Source: Octopus vulgaris (Eukaryota). From it: a stretch of 64,000 bases of DNA. Position numbers and translations under genes: made by a program. Positions 1 to 14,232 of the stretch are shown here, in pieces. The notes beneath the pieces are model-generated. The model saw only the letters and a program-made list of their open reading frames with translations, was not told the origin of the DNA and did not search any database. Every line of letters starts with the position of its first letter. The first letter of the stretch is position 1. The stretch lies in assembly GCA_951406725.2 (NCBI GenBank), contig OX597816.1:83824001-83888000 (forward strand). The letters are read 5' to 3'.

Positions 1-432
1 TAAGTATAACGTTATGATAAAATACATTGGCTATTGAAACTAATTCCTTTCATTCTGAAAGAGATTAATCTGCAAATCTTGTTAACTGAATAGAATACAA
101 TATAGACGACTATGGCTAAATGCCGTCTTGATAAGCTTTTGTGGTTCTATCAGTATATAAACCTATGCACACACCTACAAAACATTATACAATTACGTCT
201 ATCTATCAATACACCCTCCTCCACACACACACATACGAACATTTACATACACATACGCACGCACACACATATGATTTTGATATTTTACTGGTTTCAGTCA
301 ATGGAGTGGGACTATGCTGGAGTTGCTTTTTATAGGTGTTTTGTCAGTTCAGATAAGCCCAGTGCGTTTCATATTTTATAGACCTCAAAAGATGACAAGG
401 AAGGTAGTTGAATCGGATCAAGTACAGCATTC

Positions 433-1290
<858 letters not shown>

Positions 1291-1919
1291 ATGTAAGTAT
1301 ATATATATCGAAATTTTGTACTACTCTATTATTATTTCTATTCTTTCATTCTGTTATCATCCTTTTCACACTTCATTCCCCCTCTCTCACATTTCCTGGC
1401 CTTCTCTTCATGCACATTTCCCCTCCCCTTTCACATCCCTCTGTCCCTTTCATTTTTCCTCGCCCCTCCTTAATTCTTCTATCTCTCTGTCTCTACCACT
1501 CTCTCTTCTCTCCCCATGTGACAGACGTTCGGCCAGGCCTGACCTTACTTTCTTGGTTCGACTACCATCTGTGCAACATCTATATTCCACCCTGTGCCTG
1601 TCAAACCCTATGTCCCTGCCGTAAGGCTTTACTTCCACACACGCCAGCTTAATTTAATTCGTCCTTAATCGAAGGACACCTGTCGTTATGTCTTGTTATT
1701 GACATTTGTATTTGTGTAACATTTCTCCGTTTTTTCCGTCCTTGATTTTTTTTTGTATCGTCTGTCTGGATGTTTTGTTGTCCCTTTTTGTATCACCTAA
1801 CTGTCTGGATGTTTGCGTTCTTGTCCCATTTTTCTATTTTATATATATAAAAAATATAGCAGCGTACGTATACTTTGGTCTCTCTCTCCCTCTCTCTCTC
1901 TCCACACACACACATATAC

Positions 1920-2092
1920 ATATTTAGTTGAAATTTACAGAAAAACAAGAGACGAAGACAGGTGTATAAACAACAAGCAGGTGTATTAGTTTGACGCTCG
2001 GGAAGGTGAGAAAGTCTTTTACGTTTCGAGCCTACGCTCTTCAACAGAAAAGAACACGAGGAAATAAACAGAGAGAGAATAAAAAAAGAGAA

Positions 2093-2098
<6 letters not shown>
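1920..2098 (-). mobile_element. Putative Penelope-like pseudo-LTR with hammerhead-like core TTGAAGA-GCGTAGGCTC-GAAAC-GTA
   Basis: Reverse complement is nearly identical to 48195-48330. It abuts (TA)n. Confidence 0.55.
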
Positions 2099-2169
<71 letters not shown>

Positions 2170-2474
2170 CGTGCGTGTGTGTACACACACACATACTCAC
2201 ACTCATGTATATATGATTATATACAAAATAACGATGGCAGCTATAAGTGATATAAAGCCAAAAAGGAAGAATTCACCTCTCACTAATTGTGACCGACGGT
2301 GCAGGGTAGCACCTACACTGCTAGAAATAAGAGGTAGAAACCCAGTTAGTCGCAAAGAAGCACAAGTCTATGTACTGACGGGGGAGCTAACCTCCCCACA
2401 GCGAAATCATCATACTAGAATCTTTTCTATATATATGTGTGTGTGTTTGCGCGTGTGTGAATGTGTGTGTATAC

Positions 2475-2632
2475 CTATGTTTGTCTCTCACCACCGGTCG
2501 TCAACCGATGCTGGTGGAGCAAGGACATGCTTAAGAAAACATAACTACTGTGATCAATTCTTTTGACTGAAATTCTTTAAGGCAGTACTACTGCATGGCC
2601 GCTATCTGATGACTGAAACAAGTAAAGGATAA
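2475..2632 (+). mobile_element. Family A SINE 3' fragment (degenerate)
   Basis: caaccgatgctggtg ... gcatggccgc ... tgactgaaacaagtaaag matches the family A tail. Confidence 0.6.
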
Positions 2633-2651
2633 AACACACACACACATACAT

Positions 2652-2702
<51 letters not shown>

Positions 2703-3496
2703 GAAATGTATGTGCATATATAAGCCGAATGTATATATGTGTGTGCGTGCGTATGTGTATGTGTAATCTACGTCATGTGTATATGTTATCCGCTTTACAA
2801 ACTTCCCCAAAAAAACGGAAATATTTTTTGAGAAGTTTAATTTGCAATGTTGATATTGTGAATTTTCTGTTCAATAGGAAATGTTTTTAAATGTATTTAG
2901 TACATAAATAAATGGTTTATAGTAAATAAAACATAGAGATACATTATAATACAGACCATTCTTAGCTGATAAATACACCACAAACTTTTTGGGCAAAAAA
3001 AAAAAAAAATTCAACAAAATAACACTCAATCAAAAGAAAAAAAAAAAGCGAAAGAAACAAAACGAAACTGTATATAAAAACGTGGAAGGAGACGTATACA
3101 AACTAACTTTTTGTCAAGAGTTTTATTTATTGTATAATGACTTAGAAATTTTGTTTGGCGTTAATCTGAATAAAACTTGTTTTTCTTATTGAAGTTTACT
3201 GTAGAATTATTGGCCTATAATATCGCTGATTTCTGCAGAGTTTAAGATACTACGCCGATGCCAGACAACATGTCGTCTAGTGATTTATTTCTTTTAATCG
3301 AGGGTTTTTTGTTCTAGTACAGTATGGGTTTATGTGTATCGAGAATGATGTTTTCTGAGTTTCAAATAATAGTGAATTTGAAATTAGTTTTGAGATAAAC
3401 ACGAATCGTTATACATTACAGTTAAGATGCTAAAGCAGCAGTGACAAACTCGAATGCGTATTTGATGCGGGTATAATCTTACCCAGAATATACTTC

Positions 3497-3724
3497 CAGT
3501 AATCCCTCACTAAATCGCGGTTCACCTATCGCGGTTTATTATTTGAGCTTACGTCGATCCCTCTGTGGTGTTGTTTTGCATTTACAATAAAATAAATATA
3601 TACAATTTATAAAAATAAAAAAAAAAACCACTACATTACTATTTCTACTTCGCGGATATTCACCTATTGCTGGGAGTGGGGTGGGGTTTGGAATGTAACA
3701 GACAGGATAGCCGAGGGATTATTG
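3497..3724. mobile_element. Tigger/pogo-like (Tc1-mariner superfamily) MITE
   Basis: TIRs cagtaatccctc (3497-3508) and gagggattattg (3713-3724), followed by TA. Internal repeated tcgcgg...ttcacctat motifs are typical of Tigger-type elements. Confidence 0.65.
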
Positions 3725-3903
3725 TACTTATATATAAATATATGTGTGTGTGTGTACGTATATTGCTGCATCTTGGCAAAGCCATTACGCCAATAATAAC
3801 ATAGGCACAGGTTCAATTCCACTACTTTATTATTAATCAGTTGATTAGATATCTCATCAACTAGCTTGACAGAACGTTTGTTTAACGTGCTAGTTAAACA
3901 ATA

Positions 3904-4288
3904 GGCGCAGCAGTGGCTGTGTGGTAAGTAGCTTGCTTACCAGCCACATGGTTCCGGGTTCAGTTCCAATGCGTGGCACCTTGAGCAAGTGTCTTCTACT
4001 ATAGCCTCGGGCCGAACAAAGCCTTGTGAGTAGACGGAAACTGAAAGAAGACCATCGTGTATATGTATATTTATATATATGTGCGTGTGCGCGTTTGTCA
4101 TCCCCCTCCCCCCAACATCGCTTGACAACCGATGCTGGTGTGTTTACGTCCCCGTAACTTAGCAGTTCGGCGAAAGAGACCGATAGAATAAGTACTAGGC
4201 TTACAAAGAATAAGTCTAGGGTTCGATTTGCTCGACTAAAGGCGGTGCTCCAGCATGGCCGCAGTCAAATGACTGGAACAAGTAAAGA
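3904..4288 (+). mobile_element. Family A SINE, full length
   Basis: High similarity to 581-990 along the whole length. Confidence 0.85.
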
Positions 4289-4326
4289 ATATTTGTCCGT
4301 CTTTCGTTGCTGATCGCAGCAATATA

Positions 4327-4332
4327 TATCTA

Positions 4333-4400
<68 letters not shown>

Positions 4401-4413
4401 AATCTATCTATCT
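4327..4413. repeat. (TATC)n microsatellite
   Basis: Direct inspection. Confidence 0.95.
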
Positions 4414-5039
4414 ACACATGCATTTATATATAATGATGCATTAATATATAGATGACTAAGCATACTCACGTGTGTGCAGTGTGCTTATACGTGCGCGCGC
4501 GCACACACACACACGCACACAGTTGCTTTTATGCTAGTATATAGCTTTTAAGCAACTAACCCCGAATGGGAGATCTGTAAGCAGATCTCTGACTTCTTTT
4601 GGAAAATTTGTTGCAATTGCTTCCTCCAGAGTCATATCCCTTTGATGATCATATTCGTCGCTAAAAATCATGTAAAAAAAAATCGCCGTAAACAATCGCA
4701 GTAATGAAAACAGGAATCCAAAATATCAGAATTGCAGGTTCGGATTCGGCCCGGAATGTTTTTAATTTACTCACGGAGTCAGCCTGTTTCCAGAATGGTA
4801 TGATATGTTGGGCTATGGCCTCTAGGAACAAAGGTGAAAAAGTGTGATACACTGACACACTGATATTCACATTTATTATATTAGATATGTTTTGGAGAAA
4901 TTGTATTTCAATTAAAGTGTATTTTATATATGTATATATATATGTGTGTGGATGTATATATGTATATATGTACGCACACACACGCACACACGCACAAACA
5001 CACACACATATGTATTGAAGAAAGCAAAAATAAAACAAA

Positions 5040-5177
5040 AAGGATAGTATTCAGTAGTTGATTCAGTATGATGGCTACAGGAATTTCTGTCCAGGAAAGT
5101 TGTACATCTCCCCTTTTCTCTCACATACCCTCTCTCCCCATCTCTCTCTCTTTCTCTCTCTCTCTCTCCTTCTCTCT

Positions 5178-5249
<72 letters not shown>

Positions 5250-5393
5250 GTCTTCGCCACCGCCCTCACCGTATCTAGGCCTACTATTACTCTCACCATA
5301 GCACGAGGAATTGTCATTGAATAGTGCGAGAGGAGGGACAATGCGTGACACATTGACACACAGAAATTAGTTATCGCATTTATTATATTAGAT
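5040..5393 (-). mobile_element. Possible non-autonomous Helitron 5' portion with internal (CT)n
   Basis: Minus strand begins a|TCTAATATAATAAATGC, a TC terminus. A second similar terminus lies at ~4845-4887 (tgacacac...catttattatattagat). No clear 3' CTAG hairpin was found. Confidence 0.3.
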
Positions 5394-5814
5394 GTATATA
5401 CATGCGCGCACGCGTCTTCATACACGTACGCACACACACACACTCATATATATGTGTGTGGCCAAAAGAAAATCATTGTGGAAAATCTTTAAAAATTGTA
5501 AGTCATCAATTATGCAATCCTAATATTTTGTTACAATCAGACATGCTCTTTGTTCCAGATTTGGTTTAACATAGAATATTTAACAGGTGGTAGAGATACA
5601 CGATAATCCAATAAGAAACGAAAATATTTATGTGCTTATAAAATATTACAGAATTGTGCAGAAACATGAGATTGAAATTATGATTAAAATATTAGAAAGC
5701 TAACGTGAGTATAATTATTGTTAATGAAGCATTTGTTACATGCCGGTAATCCATTCATGTAAGGATATTTCGGCAAAAAACGCCGTCGTCAAAATTCTGC
5801 GTGAATGTCAAACG

Positions 5815-6070
5815 TGTGGAGGTGCGTGGATTAATTGTTAGGGTGTCAGCATGATGATCGTGAGATTGTGGTTTCGATTCCTGGACCGGGCGACGCGTTG
5901 TGTTCTTGAGCAAAACCATTTCACATGGCTCCAGTCCACTCAGCTGGCAAAAATAAGTAACGCTGCGATGGACTGGCGTCCCGTCCTACTGGGGACCACA
6001 TACGCCATAGAAACCGGGAAACCGGGCCCATGAACCTGGCTAGGCTTTAAAAGGGCGCATTTATTATTAT
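5815..6070 (+). mobile_element. tRNA-derived SINE, family C (CORE-like), tail variant 1
   Basis: Head gtggaggtgcgtggattaattgttagg, B-box-like gtttcgattcc, core gttgtgttcttgagcaa...ctccagtccactcagctggcaaaaat, tail gcgatggactggcgtcccgtcc. Confidence 0.75.
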
Positions 6071-6174
6071 TAATGTCAAACATCTAGATGACTATGCATA
6101 TTCGCGTGTGTGTCAGTGTGCTTACACACACACATACATACACACACATATGTATGTTTATATGTATATATATA

Positions 6175-6246
<72 letters not shown>

Positions 6247-6272
6247 CATATATATATTATATATATATATGC

Positions 6273-6312
<40 letters not shown>

Positions 6313-6329
6313 ATGCATATGTATATATA

Positions 6330-6370
<41 letters not shown>

Positions 6371-6601
6371 GCATATATATATATATGCATGTATATATAT
6401 ATATTTGTCTGTGTGTCACATACACACAGACTCACACAAAGACAAAGTGACAAGCATTATATTACTTTAATATTTTGCAATGAATTTGCATTCAAGGACA
6501 AAGCTGGCATTCAATCTTAAGATATGAATAGTTACACTATGAATAAAAAAATAAAACTTCACCCCATTATGATAAATATGCCCTTCATCACCACCACCAC
6601 C

Positions 6602-6676
<75 letters not shown>

Positions 6677-6679
6677 TTT

Positions 6680-6893
6680 GCCAGAAGGGCAACCATTTTG
6701 AGGGAGGGGATAAGTTGATTACGTCGACCCTAATGTTTCACTGGTACTTAATTTATCGAGCCCCGAAAGGTTGAAAGGCAAAGTCAACCTCGGCGGAATT
6801 TGAACTCAGAACGTAGTGATGGGCGAAATACCGTTACGCATTTCACCCGGTGTGCTAACGATTCTGCAAGATCACCGCCTCAATAACAATAAC

Positions 6894-6931
<38 letters not shown>

Positions 6932-7585
6932 TAACAATAATAATAATTGTTTCAAATTTGGCACAAGGACAGAAATTTCAGGGTAAATTGTCAGCCGATT
7001 ACTTCGACCCCACTGTTCTACTAGTATATGGTTTCTTGACCTCGAAAGAATGAAAGTTAAAGTCGACTTCGGCGGAATTTGAACTCAGAATGTGAATGTT
7101 TGCGAGGCATTTTTCTCGACTCGGAAACGATTCTGCCAGGTCGCCGCTTTGCTAACTTTATTAATAACTTTAATAATAATAATAATTCTGTCTACTGTAG
7201 GTGCAATACTTGAAATCTTTTAAGTGAAAGGGGATAATCGATTACATTGACACCAGAATTTCCACTGAGGCTTATTTTATTGACCTCGAAAAGATGAAAA
7301 GCAAAGTCAACTTCGGCGGGATTTGAACTTTCGCCCGGCTTGCTAACGATCCTGCCAGCTCGCTGCCTTTAATGATAATAATATTCCTTCCTACTATAGG
7401 CGTATAGCCTGAAATTTTGAGAGTCGATTACATCGATACCAGTGCTTAACTGGTTCTTATTTCATCGACCCTGAAAGGATGAAAAACAACGTCAACTTTG
7501 GCGGACATTGAACTCACAACGTAAATAACAACGAAAGGTTTTTTACCGGGGTGTAAAGGAAGGATTCTGCCAGCTTGCTACCTTC
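6680..7585 (-). mobile_element. Tandem array of four family B SINEs (Meta-domain-like), separated by (AAT)n
   Basis: Four repeats of ttatcgacccc.gaaaggatgaaaggcaaagtcgacctcggcggaatttgaactcagaac...ctgccagctcgccgcc at ~6680, 6950, 7185 and 7385. Confidence 0.8.
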
Positions 7586-9005
7586 AATAATAGTAATAAT
7601 AATTATCGACAGTATTAACTGCAAGCCGAACAAAAATGGCGTCAATGAGTTCACATTATAAAATGTCATTTAAACAATATACGAATTTTTAAAAATCTCC
7701 CAAAACAAGCATAAATACACACAAAAGTATGAATAAAGCTTGTTATTGCTGTTGCTCTTTAACCTTAGGTTACTCCTGATCGATTATACCTATAATCAAT
7801 TATTATTATACTGATCCATTTTCAAATAAATTAGACGCTAGAATGTGATGGAGGTATATTTAGTTGCTATTTCTGGTGAACTATTTAAAGGCCTTGTCTA
7901 GTTGGCTTCTTGCAGATGGTTGATGAGGTGGTAGTTATTGTGGGATAATGGTTGCAAGAGTGGTAGCTACAGTAGTTATTTTATTGATCCTGAAAAGAAT
8001 GAAAGGAAAAAATAATGAACTTGGGTGAGATTTGAATTCTCAACGTAAAGGAAGTAACTGAATATCGTAAGACATTTTGACGATGTTTGATCGTCGATTT
8101 AGCAAACCAGTAATGAAATTCTCATGTATCTACAGCAATCGAAAACAGCTGAAGCAAGCAAGAACAGTAACTCTCGAAAAGTAAATTGCCATCATGCATA
8201 TAACCTGGAGCAAGCAGCTCAAAAACTGCAACAACAGTGTATGAAAGGAAGCAATATTTAACATGTACGTATAAATATAATGACTTAAGAGGTTAAGGCA
8301 AAATTAAGGCAATGAACAATGAGGGCACCGTGTAAACAAATAAATTAGTACTCTGAAGATTACGGTCAAATATAGATTTTCCCACTTGTTGCTGTTTTCT
8401 AGATGATTTTTCATAAGGAGGAGTGATACAGTAAAACTAGACGGAAAATAGGAATAGGATCCTAGAATTGTTAACTGTGCGAACCTCACCAATTCATCAA
8501 ATATTGTTTATCTATTATTACTACGCTTATAGCAGTCACAACTGAGATGCACCCCATTAGCCCTTTTACGTCCTCATTTCTTTGTATTGTAACTCTGGCC
8601 ATAATATCAATATAATTGTGTGGTCTTAGGGTGTGGAAGTTACCAATATATGACATCTGATATGGCTCGTTGTTCAGTACAATGACAGCAGCCTGTAAAT
8701 CCTACCTTGCATTGAGTGAGAATAATACAGATGAGTAGAATGTGTCCATAAACCTCTTCTTTGATGTGCCACGCGCTTCGAGATGATTTCAGCCTTCATT
8801 AGAAACTTAATGTACTTAACCACTTAAGTTGCTACTTTAAGGCAGGTGCTGCATATTTATTTCTTTATGTGTCTCAGTGGTTTATTTTGTGAGAAATACA
8901 TAGTATTTGTAAATAGAAGGAAGGCCTTTGTAGTGTGAATGAACAAAATTTCTAGAGGATTTTGCTTCGGAAAATGAAAAGGTGTATAAAAAAAACAAAG
9001 AAATA

Positions 9006-9043
<38 letters not shown>

Positions 9044-9113
9044 GAATAAACATAAAAAGCAAAAGCGAATATATTACAAAACATAACACATTTTGCAAAA
9101 GATTGTTTACATA

Positions 9114-9273
9114 GGCACAGGAGTGGCTCTGTTGTAAGAAGTTTGCTTTCCAACCGCGTGGTTCCAGGTTCTGTCCCACTGCGTGGCATCTTGGACAGCT
9201 CCTTCTACTATAGCCTCAGGCCACCCGGAACCTTGTGAATGGATCTGGCTGACGGAAACTGATAGAAGCCCGT

Positions 9274-9358
<85 letters not shown>

Positions 9359-9577
9359 GTGTGTGTGTGTGTGTCACCACCTCGCCACAACGATTGATAA
9401 CCAGTACTGGTATGTTTACGTCCCCCGTATTATAGCGGTTCGTCAAAATAGATCGATACATAAAGTACCACGCTTTGAAAATATAACAATGAATACTGGG
9501 GTCGATTAATTCGACTAAAATCCTTCATGGTCGCAGTCCAATGACTGTAAGAAGCAAAAAGATAGAAGATAAAAGAT
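9114..9577 (+). mobile_element. Family A SINE (diverged)
   Basis: Head, CORE-like block, (TA)n(TG)n and tail all recognisable. Confidence 0.8.
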
Positions 9578-9874
9578 CCCGAGGAAAGTTTCATGCATCA
9601 CCAATTTTAAATTTGTTTTTAATTCGACATTAAACTCCCGTAGACCAACAAAATCTTGGGATGTCCATGTGGATCACCCTGTGTATTCTTCTCTTCATTA
9701 CATCAGAAACAGGAAAACTAAAATCGACAACAAATTACCTAGTCCTTTTGATATACAGATCTTAAGGGTACAGTAAAAGTAAGAAAACATCTCAAGAGAT
9801 ATGGGTGTCATTTTGACTGCTACAAAATGTGATCTTTCTCCACTCAGCCAACATAAAGAAGCATAACTCAATAT

Positions 9875-10044
9875 GGGTAGGAGTGGCTGTGTGGTAAGTA
9901 GCTTGCTTACCAACCATATGGTTCCGGGTTCAGTCCCACTGCGTGGCACCTCGGGCAAATGTTTTCTACTATAGCCTTGGGCCGACCAAAGCCTTGTGAG
10001 TAGATTTGGTAGACGGAAACTGAAAGAAGCTCGTCGTATATATG

Positions 10045-10081
<37 letters not shown>

Positions 10082-10312
10082 AGTGTGTGTATATGCTTAT
10101 GTGTCTGTGTTTGTCCCCCCCCCCCCAACATCGTTTGACAACCGATGGCGGTGTGTTTACGTCCTCGTAACCTAGCGGTTCGGCAAAAGAGACCGATAGA
10201 ATAAGTACTAGGCTTACAAAGAATAAGTCCTGGGGTCGATTTGCTCGACTAGAGGATGTGCTCCAGCATGGCGCAGTCAAATGACTGAAACAAGTAAAAG
10301 AGTAAAAGAGAG
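9875..10312 (+). mobile_element. Family A SINE, full length
   Basis: High similarity to 581-990. Confidence 0.85.
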
Positions 10313-10367
10313 TATGTAATAGATTAAAACGCTACATTTCATGTACCAAAGTGTAGTGTACCAGAAT

Positions 10368-10795
10368 TTTTTCTAGTCTAGGCACAAGACCTGAAATTTT
10401 GGGGGAGGGGGCTAGTCGATCAGATCGACACCAGTTATCAACAAGTACTTAATTTATCAACTCCAAAAGGATTAAAGGCAAAGTCGACCTCAGCAGAATT
10501 TTAACTCAGAACGTAAAGGCAGACGAAATACCGCTTAGCACTTCGCCCAGCGTGCTAACGTTTCTTATCTCTTTATTACCCACAAGGGGGTAAACATAAA
10601 GGAGACAAAGGACAGACAAAGGGATTATGTCTATTACATCGACCTTTGTGTGTAACTGTTACTTTATTTATCGACCCTGAAAGGATAAAAAGCAAAGTCG
10701 AACTCGGCGGAATTTGAACTCAAAATGTGACGGCAGACGAAATACCACTAAGCATTTCGCCCGGCGTGCTAACGTCTCTGCCAGCTCGCCGCCTT
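10368..10795 (-). mobile_element. Two tandem family B SINEs with different 3' tails
   Basis: First copy has the ggcacaagacctgaaattttggggg tail; second has the cacaaggggg.taaaca...caaggacagacaaagggatta tail. Confidence 0.8.
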
Positions 10796-10809
10796 GCTGA
10801 TTGTTTTGT

Positions 10810-10958
10810 TCCCGTTCTCTATATTCTGAATTCAAATCCCGCCAAGGTCGACTTTGCCTTTCAGTCGATAAAATTAAGAAATAGTCAAGTACTAAGATCG
10901 ATTTAATCCACTAGCCTCCTCTCCCAAATTTCAGGCCTTGTGTCTATATAAGAAATTA
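10810..10958 (+). mobile_element. Family B SINE, 5'-truncated, head-to-head with the preceding copy
   Basis: ttctgaattcaaatcccgccaaggtcgactttgccttt...aatttcaggccttgtgtcta. Confidence 0.7.
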
Positions 10959-12376
10959 TTAGACGTTATGTACCGATGATGAGAACAGGAAAGAAACGAT
11001 GTGTTTCTGAACAAATAAACCATCAAACGAATGATAACAATAAAAAAAACCAGTTGCTTGATCGGTAGAAAATTATAGTAAAATTATAAATTTCGGAATA
11101 GATAATAGAATAATCTGCAGCTGGTGCAAACTGGCAAATAAACGCTGTCCGAGTTGTTAAGGAATAGGGAAATAATTATAATAAGAACAACGCTAGAAAT
11201 ATTATTAACAAATTACAGTAATTATTACTAGTAAGATATTCTGTAACTTTTTTGGTTGATAGAACTGCACGAGTTACAAATGGTATATGAAAACTGTTTT
11301 GTCTGGTTTATGTTGTTATTTAACCCCAGGTCAATCCTGGTTGAGATGACCTAAACCCAAAACAGTCCACCCATGATCATCACGTCTTTTTGCAAGTTAA
11401 TATTCTTTCATTCTTTTACTTGTCATTAAACTGCGCGGATTACCTTTCCTTATTTAGGATAATGTGATATAATTTGAAGGGGACTTGGCAGCTATTTCTA
11501 AAAGTCAGAAGCTTCCTTGATCGGAATGTAACATTTGCTGCCAAGTTATATAGAAAGAAACGATGGCATTATATCAGAAGAAAGAAAATCTGAACGTGAT
11601 TAGCTTGATAAGAATTAGAGATAATAAGGAAATTATCTCACATCACAGACTGTTTAAAAGAGCTACCTAGAATGGAATTAGTTGATCAAATAAAACTTAA
11701 AGGGATTAAGAGTGACATTGCTGCTAGGCGATCGGCATCAAGCACAACAATACACATTCCGTTAAGAGAGTGAGCAGCCATTTTGTAAATACTGAAACAA
11801 ATGGCTACTTGATAAGGGAGATTGGACAAAGAATTTATCATATCCAATCATTGGCTGAAAAAATGGCACCAACACATACAAAGGAAGAAAATGCTTATGT
11901 TCTCTTTACTTGAACAAATATTGAAGGAATTCTGGAATAAAAAGGTGGAAATATATTAAAGAATCTCAAGAGTTGATCGAATTCCTGCTTGATATATAGT
12001 AAGTCTAGTACTGTAATGTATGATAAATAGCACTAGTGAGCGTTTAAGCGTGTGAGGCAGCTGCGAGAAATAGTAGTCATACATTCACTACATAGCATAC
12101 TTTGGAGTTAAGAAACGAAGGCATTGATGGACACAACCTGATACAGTACATATGACAAAGAACACAAAGAGCAAAACTTTTCTCAGACAGAACATCAAAA
12201 AAAAAAAAAAAACGAAAAGCAAAAACGAAAAATGAAAACTGTGTCGTAATGAATGAAATATTTAAGCGATGGTTGAATCTCACAGACGTTCTCATTCTAA
12301 TACACGAACCATCCGTGGAAATTGGATTGGCGAATAAAATCAACGACTTGCTCCGCTTTACAATCAAAATTTACAT

Positions 12377-12427
<51 letters not shown>

Positions 12428-12429
<2 letters not shown>

Positions 12430-12738
12430 TCGTAAGACACCCGCTGTTTTTATCCTGTTTTTACCATTAGTGTTTTTTGTATTTTATATTCGTATGGCAT
12501 CGTCCGTTTTTCTGTCCCTGTTTCGTATACATTCGATCTTTCTTCCAAGAAATCTAATGCTCGTAGCTTAGTTTTTCCTTGGGGCTGGCCCGATCGGAGC
12601 GATCTCATGATTAATCAGCCGAAATTGCTAGGATGATCCGTTCTTGACTGAAGATTGAAGGCTTCGAATATCCCGTCCGTGTTTTTTGTATCCTCTTCTA
12701 AATGTTTTACGTTCTTGTCCCAGTTTGTATTTTTCTAC

Positions 12739-12740
<2 letters not shown>
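12428..12740 (+). mobile_element. Putative Penelope-like terminal repeat (same family as 1075-1260 and 1665-1850), bounded by (TA)n on both sides
   Basis: cagccgaaattg...gactgaagattgaaggcttcgaatatcccgtcc...tgttttacgttcttgtcccagtttgtattt aligns with 1083-1245. Confidence 0.55.
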
Positions 12741-12770
<30 letters not shown>

Positions 12771-12803
12771 GTATGTGTGTGTATGTGTGTATGTACACAT
12801 ATA

Positions 12804-13129
12804 GGAGCACTCCGTCGATTGCGACGACGAGGGTCCCAGTTGATACAATCAACGGAACAGGTTGCTCGTGAAATTAACGTGTAAGTGGCTGAGTATTCTA
12901 CAGACACGTGCACCCTTAATGTAGTTCTCGGGGAGATTCAGCGTGACACATGTGTGACAAGGCTTGCCCTTTGAAATACAGGCACTACTCATTTTTTGCC
13001 AGCTGAGTGGACTGGAGCAACGTGAAATAAAGTGTCTTGCTCAAGGACACAACGCGCCGCCGGGAATTGAACTCACGACCTTACGATCAAGAGACGAATG
13101 CCCCTAACCACTAAGCCACGCGCCTTCAC
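12804..13129 (-). mobile_element. Family C SINE, tail variant 2, full length
   Basis: Reverse-complement head gtgaaggcgcgtggcttagtggttagg and core shared with 5815. Tail shared with 52296-52559. Confidence 0.8.
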
Positions 13130-14077
13130 ATATACACATATATAAATGTATTTACATACATACATACATAGATACATACATACATACATACATACATACA
13201 TACATACATACATACATACATACATACATACATACATACATGCGTACATACGGGATTAAAACTTATGGCAAATATCAATTAAACTCTCAGTATAAAAGAA
13301 TAAGTTTAAATTTCCAGCAATCAGATACCAGTAAATGTAAATAGAATACATATACATACAAGCGTACAAATATACTTTACATACTTACAGACAGACAGTC
13401 AAACAGATAGACAGACAAACATGCATACATAAACATACACAGATAGCCAGTCATTCGTTCGTATACAGAAACATAGGCACACATAAATGTATGTATATAT
13501 GAATGGTTGTATATTTAAGTAATAAATAAAATAAATTATTTCGTAGTCTATCAATGTACGTTTTTAAACATTACTGCTTTAATTCTAGGGCATTTGACAA
13601 ACAATGCTGTAATTACGTAGTGGTTTTTACATATACACACACATACACACACAGACATGCTCGTGTGTATATATGTATATAGACAGCTATTTTTCTGCGT
13701 GTTTAATTTAGACGGGAAAATGGCGATAACTACATAAACATGGCGTCTATTGTTAATTATATTTTATACTGCCTGCGATTGTTACAATCATTGTAATTAT
13801 ATAAACACTACACAGTTTCCAGCTTTTCTTCATCTGTGTCTCTCTCTTATCTCCTTTCTGCCACCTTCTGTCTGTCTGTCTCTCTCTTTCTCTCTCTGTC
13901 TATAAATCACACGATACATATCGTATAATATCTGTTGATATTAATATCTTTCGTTTCTTTCAAACGATAGATTATCACCGTTATATTTATACGCTAATTA
14001 CATAAACATATAAACACAAGTCAATTCAACAGTATATTAAAGGAATGTTTAATTATTTTAAAATAATAACAGTAATG

Positions 14078-14232
<155 letters not shown>

